Shown here one piece after another: positions 37,645 through 50,017 of a DNA stretch of 64,000 bases. The position numbers were made by a program, and so were the translations under genes. The DNA is from Octopus sinensis (taxonomy: Eukaryota), in NCBI RefSeq assembly GCF_006345805.1, contig NC_042998.1, forward strand, positions 205,034,001 through 205,098,000, in the 5' to 3' direction. Numbering within the stretch: position 1 is the first letter of the stretch; each line of letters starts with the position of its first letter. The notes under the pieces were generated by a model. The model was given only the letters and a program-made list of their open reading frames with translations. It made no database searches and had not been told where the DNA came from.

Positions 37645-40600
37645 GAATAAAGGAAGTCTGTCGGGGTTCGACAATGACGTCATTGACGCCGGAAGTGGGA
37701 ACGGAACCCAAAGGCAGACGTGCAGACGCGGTCACATGTTGGGCACGTAACAGTAGAAGTAGGGTTGGGGATCCTCTCTTTTCGGGCTTGTCGCTTCTGG
37801 TCCAGGCCCTTGGGGCGCTTTTCCTCGAACAGCCTAACACCCTTTTGGACAGCTGGACGCCAGGCGCCGCGGTCAGAGTCAAGCGATTCCCAAACACGGC
37901 CTGAAATGCCGCAGGCCTCAAGAGAAGTTTTCCGACTGTCCTTGTATCGCCTCAGTGGCCTTCCAGGGTTTCTTGCTCCAGAAGCCAGCTCAGAGAAGAT
38001 CATCTTTGGTAGAGGCGTGTCGTCCATTCGGACTACATGTTCGACCCACGGGAGCTGGGCCTTCATGATGAGGGCTTCGATCCCGGACATTTCGGCTCTG
38101 CGAAGCACCTCAGTGTTGGAGACTCTGTCCTCCAGGAAATTCCCATGATTCATCGCAAGCAGCGGAGGCGGAACTGGTCAAGTACTCGCATTTGCCTCCT
38201 ATACAGCGTCCACGTCCCGCAGCCGTAGAGCAGAGAGGTGATGACGACGGTCCTATAGACTGCCAGTTTTGTAGAAAGTTTGATGCCTCGTTCGGCCCAC
38301 ACACATGTCCAAAGTCTGCCAAACGAAGCTCCTGCTTTTGCAAGCCTCATGGAGACATCTTTGTCCATGCTGCAGTTTGAGGCCAGGCAGCTTCCCAGGT
38401 GTGTAAAGCTCTCCACATTGTTTAGAGTTGTGCCCTCAATTTCAATCTGAGGTTCAGAGGTGTCAGGCCAAGTGCAGGCTGAAGCATCACTTCAGTTTTT
38501 CGCAGGCTAATGGGCAGTCCGAAGGCTTTTGCTGCTTCTGCGAGACAAGTAGCAAGTTCTTTCAGGTCTGGTTCATTCAATGCTGCAAGCGCACAATCGT
38601 CTGCAAACAGGAAGTCTCTCACTAGTGGGTCCAGGACTTTGGTTTTTGCCTTCAAACGTCTGAAGTCAAAGAATCGGCAGTCACATCTGTAGCGAATAGT
38701 GACACCGGCATCAGACTTTGACAGGGCGCGGAAGAGCATGGTGGCAAACATGAGGCTGAAGAGTGTGAGAGCCTTCACGCGTCCTTGTTTCACGCCATTG
38801 GAGTCCGGGAATGGATCAGATACATCTCCGTTTTCCACCATGCGAGCCATCATGTCATCATGAAATGACTGGATGATCCTCATGAGCTTTGGTGGGCAGC
38901 CTAGCTTAGACAAAATATCCAACAGGCCCTCTCAGCTGGCAGTGTCAAAAGCCTTCGTCAGGTCCACGAAGAGGATGAAGAGGTTCTGGTTTTTTTCTCG
39001 GCACTTCTCTTGTATCTGCCGTACTGCAAAGACCATGTCTATTGTCCCCTTCGTCCCAGAACTGCTGTATCGGCTCAGTCAACTCGATGGCAACAGCTTC
39101 ACCTCCCTCTTTGAAGATCTCTGGGGGTATTCCGTCAGGACCAGGTGCTTTCCCCACATGTAGTTGCTTGATGGCCTTCTGGATTTCTGCCAGTGTTGGG
39201 TCATGAAGCGACACCAGGACTGGGCGTTGTGGAATGTCTTGGATGGCCTGCTGGTCAATCTGGGAAGGTCTGTTTAGCAGCTGACTGAAGTGTTCACTCC
39301 AGCGCTGTATGATGTCACTCTTCTCAGTAAGCAGGGTTCCATCGGCAGAGCGCACAGGTACCATTGCGTTTAGCGTGGGGCTATACACGTATTTCAGGCC
39401 GGCAAGGAACTTCTTCGAGTTGTGCTCGTCTGCACACTGCTGTAGTTCTGCAGCCTTGTCTTCCCACCACTTGTCTTTCATCTGTCACAGCTCAGTCTGT
39501 ACCATTCCTCTGATGTTCTTGAGGCGGTCGTGCTTGGCTTGGGAGTCTTTGTCGTTGAGCCAGGCTGTGAAGGCTTCTTCCTTCTCCTGGAGGAGGGTGG
39601 TGATCTCCTTGTTGTTGTCAAACCAGTCTTGGTGTTTCCGTTTTGCGTGGCCAAGGGTAAGGTTGGCAGATTCATACACTGCATCCCGGAAGTTGGCCCA
39701 GGCCTTCTCAAGGTTTCCCTCTACTGGCAGATGTTCAAGCTGGTTCGCAAGGTTGGCAACGAGGGTCCCTTCTGTTTTGGTTCATTGAGTTTCTGGACGT
39801 CCAGTTTCTTTTTAACATCAGCTTTCTGGCGTCTGTGTCTGCTGACGATGGAAAAAGGACAGTCTGCACCTCAACAGCAGGTGATCTGTCCAGCAGTCAG
39901 CTTCCCTCATTGCCCTAGTGATGCGAACATCCTAGATGTCACGGTGCCTGGTGATCACATAGTCAATCAGGTGCCAATACTTGGATCTTGGGTGCATCCA
40001 GGTAGCCTTGTGGGTGTGTAAGGCAGTTGATACAAGGTATTGGTGATGGTGAGTCTCTGTTCAGCGCAGAAGGTGAGTTGCAGTTGACCGTTGCTATTCT
40101 CATGTCCAATGTCATGTGGCCAAGACTGGGCATCTCTGCCTACACGGGCATTGAAGTCCCCGAGTATCAGCAGCTTGTCGTCTTTAGGAACTGACCGTAG
40201 CACTTTGGTGGGGTTCTGATAGAACAGCTCTCTCTGCTCCAGAGTGTAGGTCACGGTGGGGGCGTAAGCACTGATGAGTGTCACATGAATCTTGCCTTGG
40301 AAAGGAATTATCATCACCATCAGGCGGTCGCTAATTCCTCTTGGGAGGGACTCCAGGTTCTTGACGAGGGCGGTGCGAATGGCAAAGCCAACTCCTACTT
40401 CCCTGCGTTCACCCGGTGCCTTCTCTGACCAAAAGAAAGTGCATCCAGCTCCAGCCTCGGTGATCTCCCCTGTGTCGGAAAGGCGTGTCTCGCTGAGGGC
40501 AGCAACATCAATGCTGTATCTCTGCAGTTCACGACCCACAAGTGCTGTTCGACGTTCTGGTCTGTCAGTTTTAGTTGTCCACGAGTGTCCTGATGTTCCA

Positions 40601-41150
40601 GGATCCAACACATAAAGTGCTTTTCCGGCGGGAGGATTTTGGGTTCTTCTTTCGTATTTCTTTCATGTTTCGACCACGTGGTAGACCACCAGTCAACTCG
40701 GTATGCTGATAGGATGAAATGAGGCAAGCTTTCTTTCGGTCACCTTTTTTAGGCCCTTTCCCCTAAGGGGGGAGCAGTGCTATCCCTGAAGAGGGCTGCT
40801 CCAACGTCAGAGTGGCTGCCGAACTATGACCTTGCCCCGGCAGGCTGCAGAACGACCACCCTGCCCTAACCACCCGAGAGCAGGCCCATGGCTAGCAGCT
40901 CTCAGCGCCATCCTACACCTGCCACCGTCAGCACTCGCCCATCGCCCCAGGACTTGGAAGAAGAAGTAGAGGGGGTGGAGTCACTGAATCCTGGGCAAGA
41001 GAACTGTGGAGGCCTTGGGATGCCCAAGCCCAGGATCCCCCTCTCGGTCCAGCCGATTTAGCCAGGAGGGACGCAGGATGACACATCCTAGCCACGACTG
41101 GACTGCAGGCGCTGCCGGAGAGATGATGGACTTCATCACCTAACCGCCTT
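37645..41150 (-). mobile_element. Near full-length RTE LINE (APE plus RT), inactivated by stops, frameshifts and an internal deletion; ~480-bp GC-rich 5'UTR
   Basis: ATG at 40666 MKEIRKK..GSWNIRTL; VAALSETRL, ISAYAPT, LILGDFNARVGR, GKAPGPDGIP, FVDLTKAFDT, GVKQG, LFADDCAL, FTHLGS, C-terminal CPTCDRVC..HFRR. Confidence 0.95.
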
Positions 41151-41154
41151 AGAG

Positions 41155-41345
41155 TATGTCAGGTCGCTCTCGAGTGCTACTGGTACCATGTAGCCCAGTA
41201 CAACTTGTTTCATGGTCGGGTGGTCGGCGACTAAACTGGCAACCCCACCAGACTTGCTTGGTGAGGTGGGTGCTTATTGAATACCCTACGGGACAGAAAA
41301 TAAGACCTGTTAAAGGGCGGAGGAACAACAACGTAGTCAACGGTT
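41155..41345 (+). mobile_element. 5'-module repeat, head-to-head with the RTE 5' end
   Basis: Matches 22655 onward. Confidence 0.7.
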
Positions 41346-41390
41346 GTTCAACTATGTGTGTTTTTGGAGTGTTTGTGTGTGTGTATTCAC

Positions 41391-42257
41391 TCCTTAGATA
41401 TGGAGCAGGGGTAATCGTATGGACAGTAGACGAGCTAAACAGCTTAGACAGAAAGACAAGGAAGAAAAAAGATGGCTGTGGATGACTAAAAGGGATTTAA
41501 AACCGGAAATGGAGTTTTTAATCTGTGCTACCCAGGAGCAAGCACTAAGAACAATCTACATAAAATACAGAATAGACAACACAGCAGAAAGTGGTAAGTG
41601 CAGAATCTGTGGACAAAATGGTGAAACCGTGTGGCATATTACCAGCCAATGTACGTCACTAGCCCAGAAGGAATATGAGACACCACGACAATATAGCAAG
41701 GTTTGTCCATTGGACACTTTGCAACAAGTATGGACATGACAGAGCAAAAAATTGGTACCACAAACCTGAAGGCATCGTCGAAAGTAGAAATGCAAAGATC
41801 CTGTGGGATTTTATGATTCAGTGCGACCATGAGATAGAGAATAGGAAACCAGACATAGTCTTAATTGAGAAAGAAAACAAACTATGCTGGATCATAGATA
41901 TAGCATGCCCAGCTGACAACAAGGTATGCGATCAGGAAGAGAGAAAAGTCGAGAGATATGACAGGTTGGCTTGGGAGGTTAAGCAGTTGTGGTCGATGAA
42001 AAAGGTAGCAGTAGTAACAATAATTGTCGGAGCCCTGGGAACAGTGAGCAAAAGTCTCGAGAAGTACGTGGAACAAATAGGGGCTGCAATAAGGGTGGAT
42101 CACTTGCAGAAAACAGCACTGCTTGGAACCGCTCGAATGCTCTGGAAGGTGGTCGAAAAATAAGAGGTGTTACCTTAGTTCACTGGTAGTGAACAGCTGA
42201 CACTGTAGTACATCTCTGGCGTTAGAAGCTGTGCAAAGGGAATAAATGATGATGATG

Positions 42258-42319
<62 letters not shown>

Positions 42320-42340
42320 GATAATGATGATGATGATGAT
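41391..42340 (+). mobile_element. R4/Dong-like RLE LINE 3' portion with (TGA/TAA)n tail
   Basis: CRICGQNGETVWHITSQC zinc knuckle, RHDNIA, RKPDIVLI..IIDIACP, IIVGALG, LQKTALLGTARML; internal deletion after LDRKTRK. Confidence 0.92.
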
Positions 42341-42659
42341 GATGATGATAAATCCATTACAGCATTACCGCCACTTCCACCACTTCCCACCATCACCATC
42401 AAGGACAGTATCACTACTACTACTACTACTACCACAAGCATTATCCCCCGCCACCACCACCATCAACACCATCTCTACTGCCTCCACCACCACGAACACT
42501 ATCACCATCTCAATCAACATATCCACCACCTAACGCTATTAATATTAACACCATCATCATCATCATCATCATTGGTATCGTCACGACCACCACCACCACG
42601 TAGATCTCTCCTCTTTTAAGCTGAGCTGAAACAAGCGGTCGCCACATTATAATTGCTTG

Positions 42660-43300
42660 TTGCAGCCGAAACACTTCTTTACACCTTGTTCTTCTCTTAG
42701 TCTTTCTTCCTTCCTTCATTCTTCTCTTAGTCTTTCTTTTCTTTCTTTTTCCTTCATTCTTTCCTCTCCCACTCTCTTCCTTTCATTGTCCTTATATCAA
42801 CTCTCTCTCTCTCCTTCTTCTCTATTCCTCCCTCTCTCTCATTAAAATGCCTCTTCTCCCCTTTCCTCCTCCTCCTCCCCCCGCACTACTTCCTCCTTTC
42901 TATATCTCTATCTGTTTTCTCTCTCTTCCTCATCATTCCTTAACCAACATCCCTTTCTTCCTCTCTGTCTTTTAACAAATCTCGCCTTTTATAGACCACT
43001 CTCTCTCTCTTACTCCATCTCTCACTCAATTCTATTTTTCTTGTGTCTCTCCTCTCTCTCTCTGTGCCTATCTATCTCTTCATCTATCTCTATCACTAAT
43101 CGCTTTCCTCTCGCTGTCGTCCTCTCTCTCTCTCTCTAATCACTTCCCCTATACTCTATAGTCCACCGTCTTTCCCTCCCCTCTCTGATCCATTTACCTC
43201 TCTCCAGCCATCTCCTCCTCCCTCTCTCTCTTCCTCCTCCATCCACTACAGCCAACTTTCTCCCTCCTACTCCTCTCTCTCTCTCTCCCTCTCTTTACTC
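42660..43300. repeat. ~640-bp CT-rich polypyrimidine low-complexity tract
   Basis: Direct reading. Confidence 0.9.
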
Positions 43301-43320
43301 AGTCCCTCGCTCTGCCAGTT

Positions 43321-43510
43321 ATGAGTGTTGCAGGGTTTGTGGCTGATGTAAGAACGGACGGCGGGAGATGTGACAGTCACCAAGTGTCCTCTTCGTCGTC
43401 TTCCACCTCTTCACCGTCGCCATCATCATCGTCATCGTGTCAACACGATGACAAAAGGAGTAAACAAACAGTCAAAAACAGTCCCAACCGACGTCAGACA
43501 CCCAATACCC
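43321..43510 (+). CDS. Putative host first exon (product unknown)
   Basis: Non-repetitive GC-richer island after the pyrimidine tract, ending at a consensus GTAAGT donor (43511). Two candidate frames: MSVAGFVADVRTDGG...PNT (phase 1) or ...MTKGVNKQSKTVPTDVRHPIP (phase 0). No homology recognised. Confidence 0.3.
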
Positions 43511-45779
43511 GTAAGTGACCGACGCTCAATGTCTCTCTTCTTTCCTCTTGTAACAATGGTTGGTGGTGGTGGTTGCAGTGGTGGGCAAGGTTAAACGGGT
43601 ACGGGTTGGGTCGCATTACAATATGTCATACCTGACTGGTTCTTTCAGGCTGACCTCCTCTTTAATCCCTTCTTTCTGTTCTAATTTATAGCCAAATACC
43701 AACCCACGAATCCACCTCCATATCTCTCTATCTTTCTTACACAGCTGTTTTGTTTTTTTTTACAATAACAATTCCTGTTAAAAACTGTTGGATGCACAAA
43801 GGTGGGGTGGGGCAAGTTAATTATTGCAAAACATTCTTTCTCTAAGACATGGACTAAATGAAATGAATGAGCGTCACAGAACCATCTTTCCTGCTACACA
43901 ACACCATAAATACCAAAAACTAAACATCTTTGAATCACTCCACAAACAAAACACGCAAATAACCAAATATTTGGCGCTGCTACTTCCTTCCTATCTCAAT
44001 TCCAATTAAAACATCGTCACAGACTGAAATTCTTCATGTATTTTTTTTTCCATAAAATAATTCCTCTTCTTCTTCTGCGCCTCCCCCACCATGGCCACTG
44101 CTACTGTTATTGTTGTTCTTTAAACATTTTCTCCACTGTTTCTCTTTTATTTCGGAATCACATGCAAACCGAAGCAGTTCCCAGTCGATTCCACCTTCTC
44201 AATATTTTTCCTTTTGTTTTCCAGGAATTGTTTTTGTTTTTTAAAAAAGCTCTATTGTTCCTAAGACTTATTTCATTGTTCAACATAATCGAATTTCCCT
44301 ATCCATATACTTAACCCTTATATATATTTACTTATCTATTTTACTCAACCTTCTTCCTCTCTCTCTCGTATTATAGTTGTGCAATTTACTTTATAAAATC
44401 TCCCCGCCCCCCTCCCGCAGCACATGTCTTCTTCTTGGATCTTCTTCCGAGGTTTCTCCCCCCAATTTATATTCTTCGATTTTGTGTTTGCCGTGAATAA
44501 TCGCATCTTTGACCTAAAACATTCTGCGTGTGATTGGATACGTCATTCACTATAACCATTATCGATTAACTGCATCGATACAAGGTACAGATGTATGGAG
44601 GCGAGAGGAAAGTGAGATGTGGAGGCTTATATGCCTCTCATTTCAATGCAAACGAAGTGAAATGGCTCCAGCCTGCAACTGTCTTTCTTTGTATATTAAT
44701 TACCTTTAATTATTTCTTGTGTTAATTATTTCATAGTTCGACAAAGGATGTCAGAACTAGAAGTGGAAGATTATAAGAAGTGATGACATTCATTCGTTTC
44801 CCAGAACCTATTGCCGTTGTGTTAATTGCTGCAAATTAATATAATTAAAGCTTGTATCTACGAAGCTTATTTATGCATGGGGCAGGATGTGAAGTGGTGA
44901 AGTTCATGCTTTTCTCTGTTGGTTGTAATGGCTCAGATGAGAATGAAATAATATTAAAATACTTTCCTGTTCACCTGTTGGAATTTCTTTGATGTTTAGC
45001 GACAAGGCAGCGACATATGCGTGGGCGGCCGTGGGCGCGCGCGCGCGAGTATAATATATAAACTGTAATATATGTATTGAGAGAGAGAGAGAGAGAGGTT
45101 ATGCAATGAAAGTACAAAAGTTCGGTGTTTAAACTTTATTGGTGTGGATGTGTATATATATCTGTGTATATAAACGTGAGTAGCATTTGCGCGCGTTTAA
45201 ATGTCAAGGTAGAACACAGGTAGGAGGAGAAGAAACGGCAGAGTTATATCTACGTTAACTACACACGTGTGTGTGTGTGTGTGTATTATATATGTGTATG
45301 TTAAATATGCGTGTATAATATATACATATAATGAATATGATAGGCGTACGTATATTACGACATTATTGTATAAGCAGGCTTATATGCAAATATATATGTT
45401 TATGAATGCATATATGCATGAATAAGTCCATGCATGCTTGTGTGTATGAGTGCATATATGCATGCGTATATACACTCACAGTTTACAAAGTCGTCAGTTA
45501 CCCAGACTAAGTTCTCCCCGAGCACTCCTCGCCACCACCAGAAGACGAAATACATAATACATGTATAATGTATGGATGTGTACGCATGCGATGATGCCCA
45601 CCACCACGTAGAGTTCCCAAAATTAATTGACATCCGATGTATATAGATATTCCATGAAGAATTAAGTCTCAAAGAATTATGCCTGGTAATTATTATGTTC
45701 TTTCCATTTCGCTATTATGTTCGTTAGCAAACATTTTTCTATTCGTTCACTGTGTGTGTCTATAGTATATAATATATAT

Positions 45780-45975
45780 TTATTTCGTTACTGCCCACAA
45801 AGGGCCAAACACAGAGGGGACAAACAAGGAAAGACAAAGAAATTAAGTCGATTACATCGACCCCAGTGCGAAACTGGTACTTTGTGTATAGTATATATAT
45901 ATTTCTTTACTACCCACAAAGGGGCTAAACACAGAGGGGACAAACAAGGACAGACAAAGGGATTAAATCGATTAC
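45780..45975 (-). mobile_element. Two tandem SINE family A tail fragments
   Basis: CCCACAAAGGG.C.AAACACAGAGGGGACAAACAAGGA appears twice. Confidence 0.8.
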
Positions 45976-46944
45976 ATATTGCACACCCAAACATATATGC
46001 AAGTGCCTTTGCGTTTTACTTCGCTTTGTCGACGACCTGCCTCTGTTTTGTTCCTTGCTTATTATTAAACTATTATTAAACTATCTTCCGTCATCTTTTC
46101 CTGTCTGTTATTAAAATTGTATTTCTTTAAATATGATTAATTCATCAACACACATTACATGTGTGAAAATGTGTGTCTGGACGTATCACCTCTCTCTCTA
46201 TACATACATGTGTGTGTGTGTCTACACACGCGTGTGTTGATGTATGAGCTATCAACATAGAAAAGGTTTTCCCTCTTTCTTCTTTTTTTTTTAATCATCG
46301 AAATAATTATTTGGAAAGATTTCGTATTCAGCGTGAACTACAAAAAACCCGCCAAAATCTACAATGCTACAGGAATTGTGTGTGTGTGTGTATATATGTA
46401 TATATATATATATATGTGTGTGTGTAATACCTGTTACTTGATGGTTCAGTGTGCTAGAAACAGCAGCCAAATACCCTTCAAATCCTATCCTCTCCATTTA
46501 AACAACCGGAAGATATAAATACTCCAATTATCTGTTAAGTAGATTAAGACGGATTGAGTTTGTATTTATTATAATCAGTCATGCTTTAGTTATTAACAAT
46601 TTCTGCTGCTCATATCCAGTCACGCTTCATCTATGATCAAACAGACTTTAAAAAAAAGGTATTCCAGGCGTGACCATTACATTTCTTTAGTTACAGTCTA
46701 TGATCATCTTAGTTGATATCTTTTTTTTTTTTTTGCTTTTTAACTCAGTAAGTTGTAATTTGAGATTTGACTGCTATTTCTAGCAGATCAAGTAACCACG
46801 TAGAGTCTTTCATGTTTCAGAACGATTTGGTAGAGACGCTTGTCTCTCACATTTGCAGGTTTCAGAATTGGCCTTGCGGGGCCTTCCTCCCAGCACTTAA
46901 GTCTTGCAGTGAAATTGAATTATTAATGCAGGTGATACGAGAAT

Positions 46945-47140
46945 AATAATGGTGAGGCACAAGACCTGAGATGTTTGTGGGAAGGGGGCTTGCCGATTAA
47001 ATCGACACCAGTGTGTAACTGGTATTTACTTCACCGATCCCAAAAGAGTGAAAGGCAAAGACGACCTCTGCTGAATTTTAGGTCAGAAAGAAAGGATGGA
47101 CGAAAGGCCGCTAAGCATTCTGCCCGGCGTGTTCACGATA
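46945..47140 (-). mobile_element. SINE family A, diverged
   Basis: AAAGGCAAAGACGACCTCTGCTGAATTT...GCTAAGCATT. Confidence 0.7.
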
Positions 47141-47549
47141 ATGTTAGATGCCCTGATGCAGTACCAGGCAGTGGCTCTCATGGCTTCTGATCTTAGCTGA
47201 TTGGAAGTGTTATCATGTACATTGCTTTGTCTTGGAATAAAAGATGGGATACAGCAAATGTTCTGCTCAATACCACAGATTTGCTTGTCAGTTGTTTGAC
47301 CTTAACCAGTTGAGCATCTCCCTTAGTGGCTGACGATATGTGCATCTCTGATCACAAGCAGAAGTAGTGGGGGAGCATCATAGCCATGTGTTGAGAGGGA
47401 TTCTTTGCAGAAATATATATATATATATAATGAATTCTTTGAAGAAATATATATATATATATATATATATCTGAATTCTTTGAAGAAAATTCTAATGGGG
47501 TCCCACTTGCAAAGTCATGTGCTGTTTATCTTGATATGAGATCAGTGTG

Positions 47550-47715
47550 TCATGCACCAATGGCTGTGATGGGTATATTAGGCTCCGTATATTTGCACCC
47601 CAGTGTCACTTTGGTGGTATGCACTGCTCTCTCAATAATAATAATGGGGGTAGGGCATACCCCAAAATCTGCTCTATTGGGGACTGCTAGGATTTTGAGG
47701 TTGGTGCTTAAGTGT
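47550..47715 (+). mobile_element. RLE LINE C-terminal remnant, possibly with an inverted upstream piece
   Basis: Plus strand PKSALLGTARILRLVL; minus strand IPITAIGA resembles the preceding IGALG motif. Confidence 0.5.
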
Positions 47716-49029
47716 TTGATTATCTTGATACTTAACATGCAAGTACCAAGTCTTAAAATTTGTGGGAAGATAGTAATAGCTAGTAATCATTTCTACTATA
47801 GGCACAAGGCCGGAAATTCCCCCAAAATTTCAGGCCTTGTGCCTATAGTAGTTACTTGGTGACTCACGAGTGTCCATCCCCCCCATCCCCCATCAAGCAC
47901 CCTGTGGTTGACATCAGAAAGAGTATCCAGCCATAAAGACCATGCTGTAGCAGACATTGGAGCTTGGCACAGTCCTCTCTCTTGTCAGTTTCTGTCAAAC
48001 TGTCCAACCCATGCCAGCATGGAAAATGGACGTTAAACGATGATATGTGTGTGTTGAGGGATAGATTTGGCTGTTATTTTTAGCAAGTGTTGTAACCATG
48101 TAGTTTTCCCTCATTGATTTTTTTATCACAAGTCACCCTCCCTTCCATCTTAAACAGAATCTGACTTTCTCTCCCACTTCTTGCTTTTTCATCCTACCAC
48201 TGGTCAGTGACTTACAGAAAGGCATGAACATCACAGCACAGCAGTTTATCTTCTGCAAATCTTCTCCTTGTGTGAAGTCCAAAGTATTTGGATTTTTTCT
48301 ACACAGTTTCGTTTTTATAAAGAGGAGGAGGAGGAGGAGTGGTGGCTCTGCTTGTCGTGTTGGCATAGATATTGATCTGAATCAATCAATATCTGTTTAA
48401 TATTTATCTTTCTCATGGAACTGTCATAACGATGTCGATTGATTGGCTTTTGGTAAACACAAACGGCTGCCGCTCCTCTCTCGTTAATCCAATTAACTCA
48501 ACAGGGAAACTGAGGAGGTGGCGGTGGGAGGGAGGGAGACGAGTAGTTGTGTCGTTGAACGTGGCTGACACACACAGGCATCAATATATGTGTGAGTGTG
48601 TATGCGTTTAATGTCCTATATATACATATACATATATATGACAGGCTTCTTTCAGTTTCCGTTTACCAAATCCACTCACAAGGCTTTGGTTGGCCTGAGG
48701 CTATAGTAGAAGACACTGGCCATGGAAGCTGGGATAATCTCAATAACTCAAAAATAAATCCTTATTAATCTTTTTTTCTTTAAATATATAAAACTCTCTG
48801 CTCTGAATTATTTCTCTTAGCATTTATGGGTGTGTGCATTTAAGATGGCATATCCATGGGCTGCCCCCAGGGGCCCAATCTTGCTAATTTCTACATTTAT
48901 ATTTCTACTCGAAAACAGAGGGTGGATTAACACCAAATATAAGCTCCAAACTTACTGCAGAAGCACTGCTATTTATAGAGTAAAACATTTATATCAAAAG
49001 ATGGTGGGAGAGCTATTCCTCAACATCAT

Positions 49030-49330
49030 CATTTAATGCCCTTTTTTCATGCTGGCATGGGTCGGACGGTTTGAGAGGAGTTGGTAAAGCCGAAAGCTGC
49101 TCTGGGCTCCAATTGTATGTTTTGGCATGGTTTCTGTGGCTGGATGCCCTTCCAAATGCCAGTCTCTTTGCAGTGTGCGTTGGGTGTTTTTACTTGGCAC
49201 TGACATGGTTGCTTTCTGTGTGGTGCCATCTCAGAAGATTTTGACGTGGCATCAGTATGAATGCTTCTTACATGGCACCATCACCAGTGCGTAATAGGTG
49301 GACCCAGCATGGGTGCTTTTACTTGGCGCT
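49030..49330 (-). mobile_element. RTE 3' tail module copy
   Basis: TTTTTCATGCTGGCATGGGTCGGACGGTT...GGATGCCCTTCCAAATGCC. Confidence 0.75.
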
Positions 49331-49724
49331 TCCAATGTAGACTCAAAGAATCAAAGCAAAAATGTGTGGTGTTGATGTTTGTCAGGTAAATTACATTCAC
49401 TACACCTGGTTACAACTGGAACTACATTAGGCGTTTATGTTTAAATGCACCAATTGTATGTAAAATACGGCATTAAAATAATTCCTTGGTTGATTTGACA
49501 TCCTCTGGCTCTGCATTTAATTAGAAAGAAGTTGAATGTCCGAAACACAATCTCATTTACGACCAATTCCACTAAGATTATGATGATGGGGGGGGGGTAT
49601 TAATGTGTGCATTTAACCAGGCATGCATGTAATCATGTATGTATCTAGATGTGCATGGATGGAGCGAAGCATTTGTGTGGATGCATGCATATATGTATTT
49701 ATACATGCTTATATCAGGTCAGTG

Positions 49725-50017
49725 AAGGCACATGGCTCAGTGGTTACAGCATTGAGCTTATGATCATGAGGTTGTGGGTTCAATTCCTGAACCGGGCTGC
49801 GTGTAGTGTTCTTGCTCCAGTTCACTCAGCTGTAGAAATGAGTTGCGACATCACAGGTGCCAAGTTGTATCGGCCCCTTTGCCTTTCCCTTGGGTAACAT
49901 CAGGGGTGTGGGGAGGGGAGGCTGGCATGCATGGGCGACTGCTGGCCTTCCATAAACAACCTTGCCTGGACTTGTGCCTCGGAGAGGAACTTTCTAGGTG
50001 CAACCCCATGGTCATTC
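49725..50017 (+). mobile_element. tRNA-derived SINE
   Basis: TGGCTCAGTGG (A-box) and GGTTCAATTCC (B-box). Confidence 0.8.

Noticed and set aside
41040-41100. HDV-like ribozyme in the RTE 5'UTR (possible P1 GGCTAGG/CCTGGCT on minus)
   Set aside because: Could not place P3, L3, P1.1 or J4/2 consistently; not called.
45400-45672. Minus-strand ORF with a GTGAGT donor at 45479
   Set aside because: Low-complexity, unrecognised peptide; donor hexamers occur by chance at this density.
47180-47200. GCTAAGATCA (minus) matching U2 snRNA
   Set aside because: Only ~10 nt match; flanks do not follow U2.
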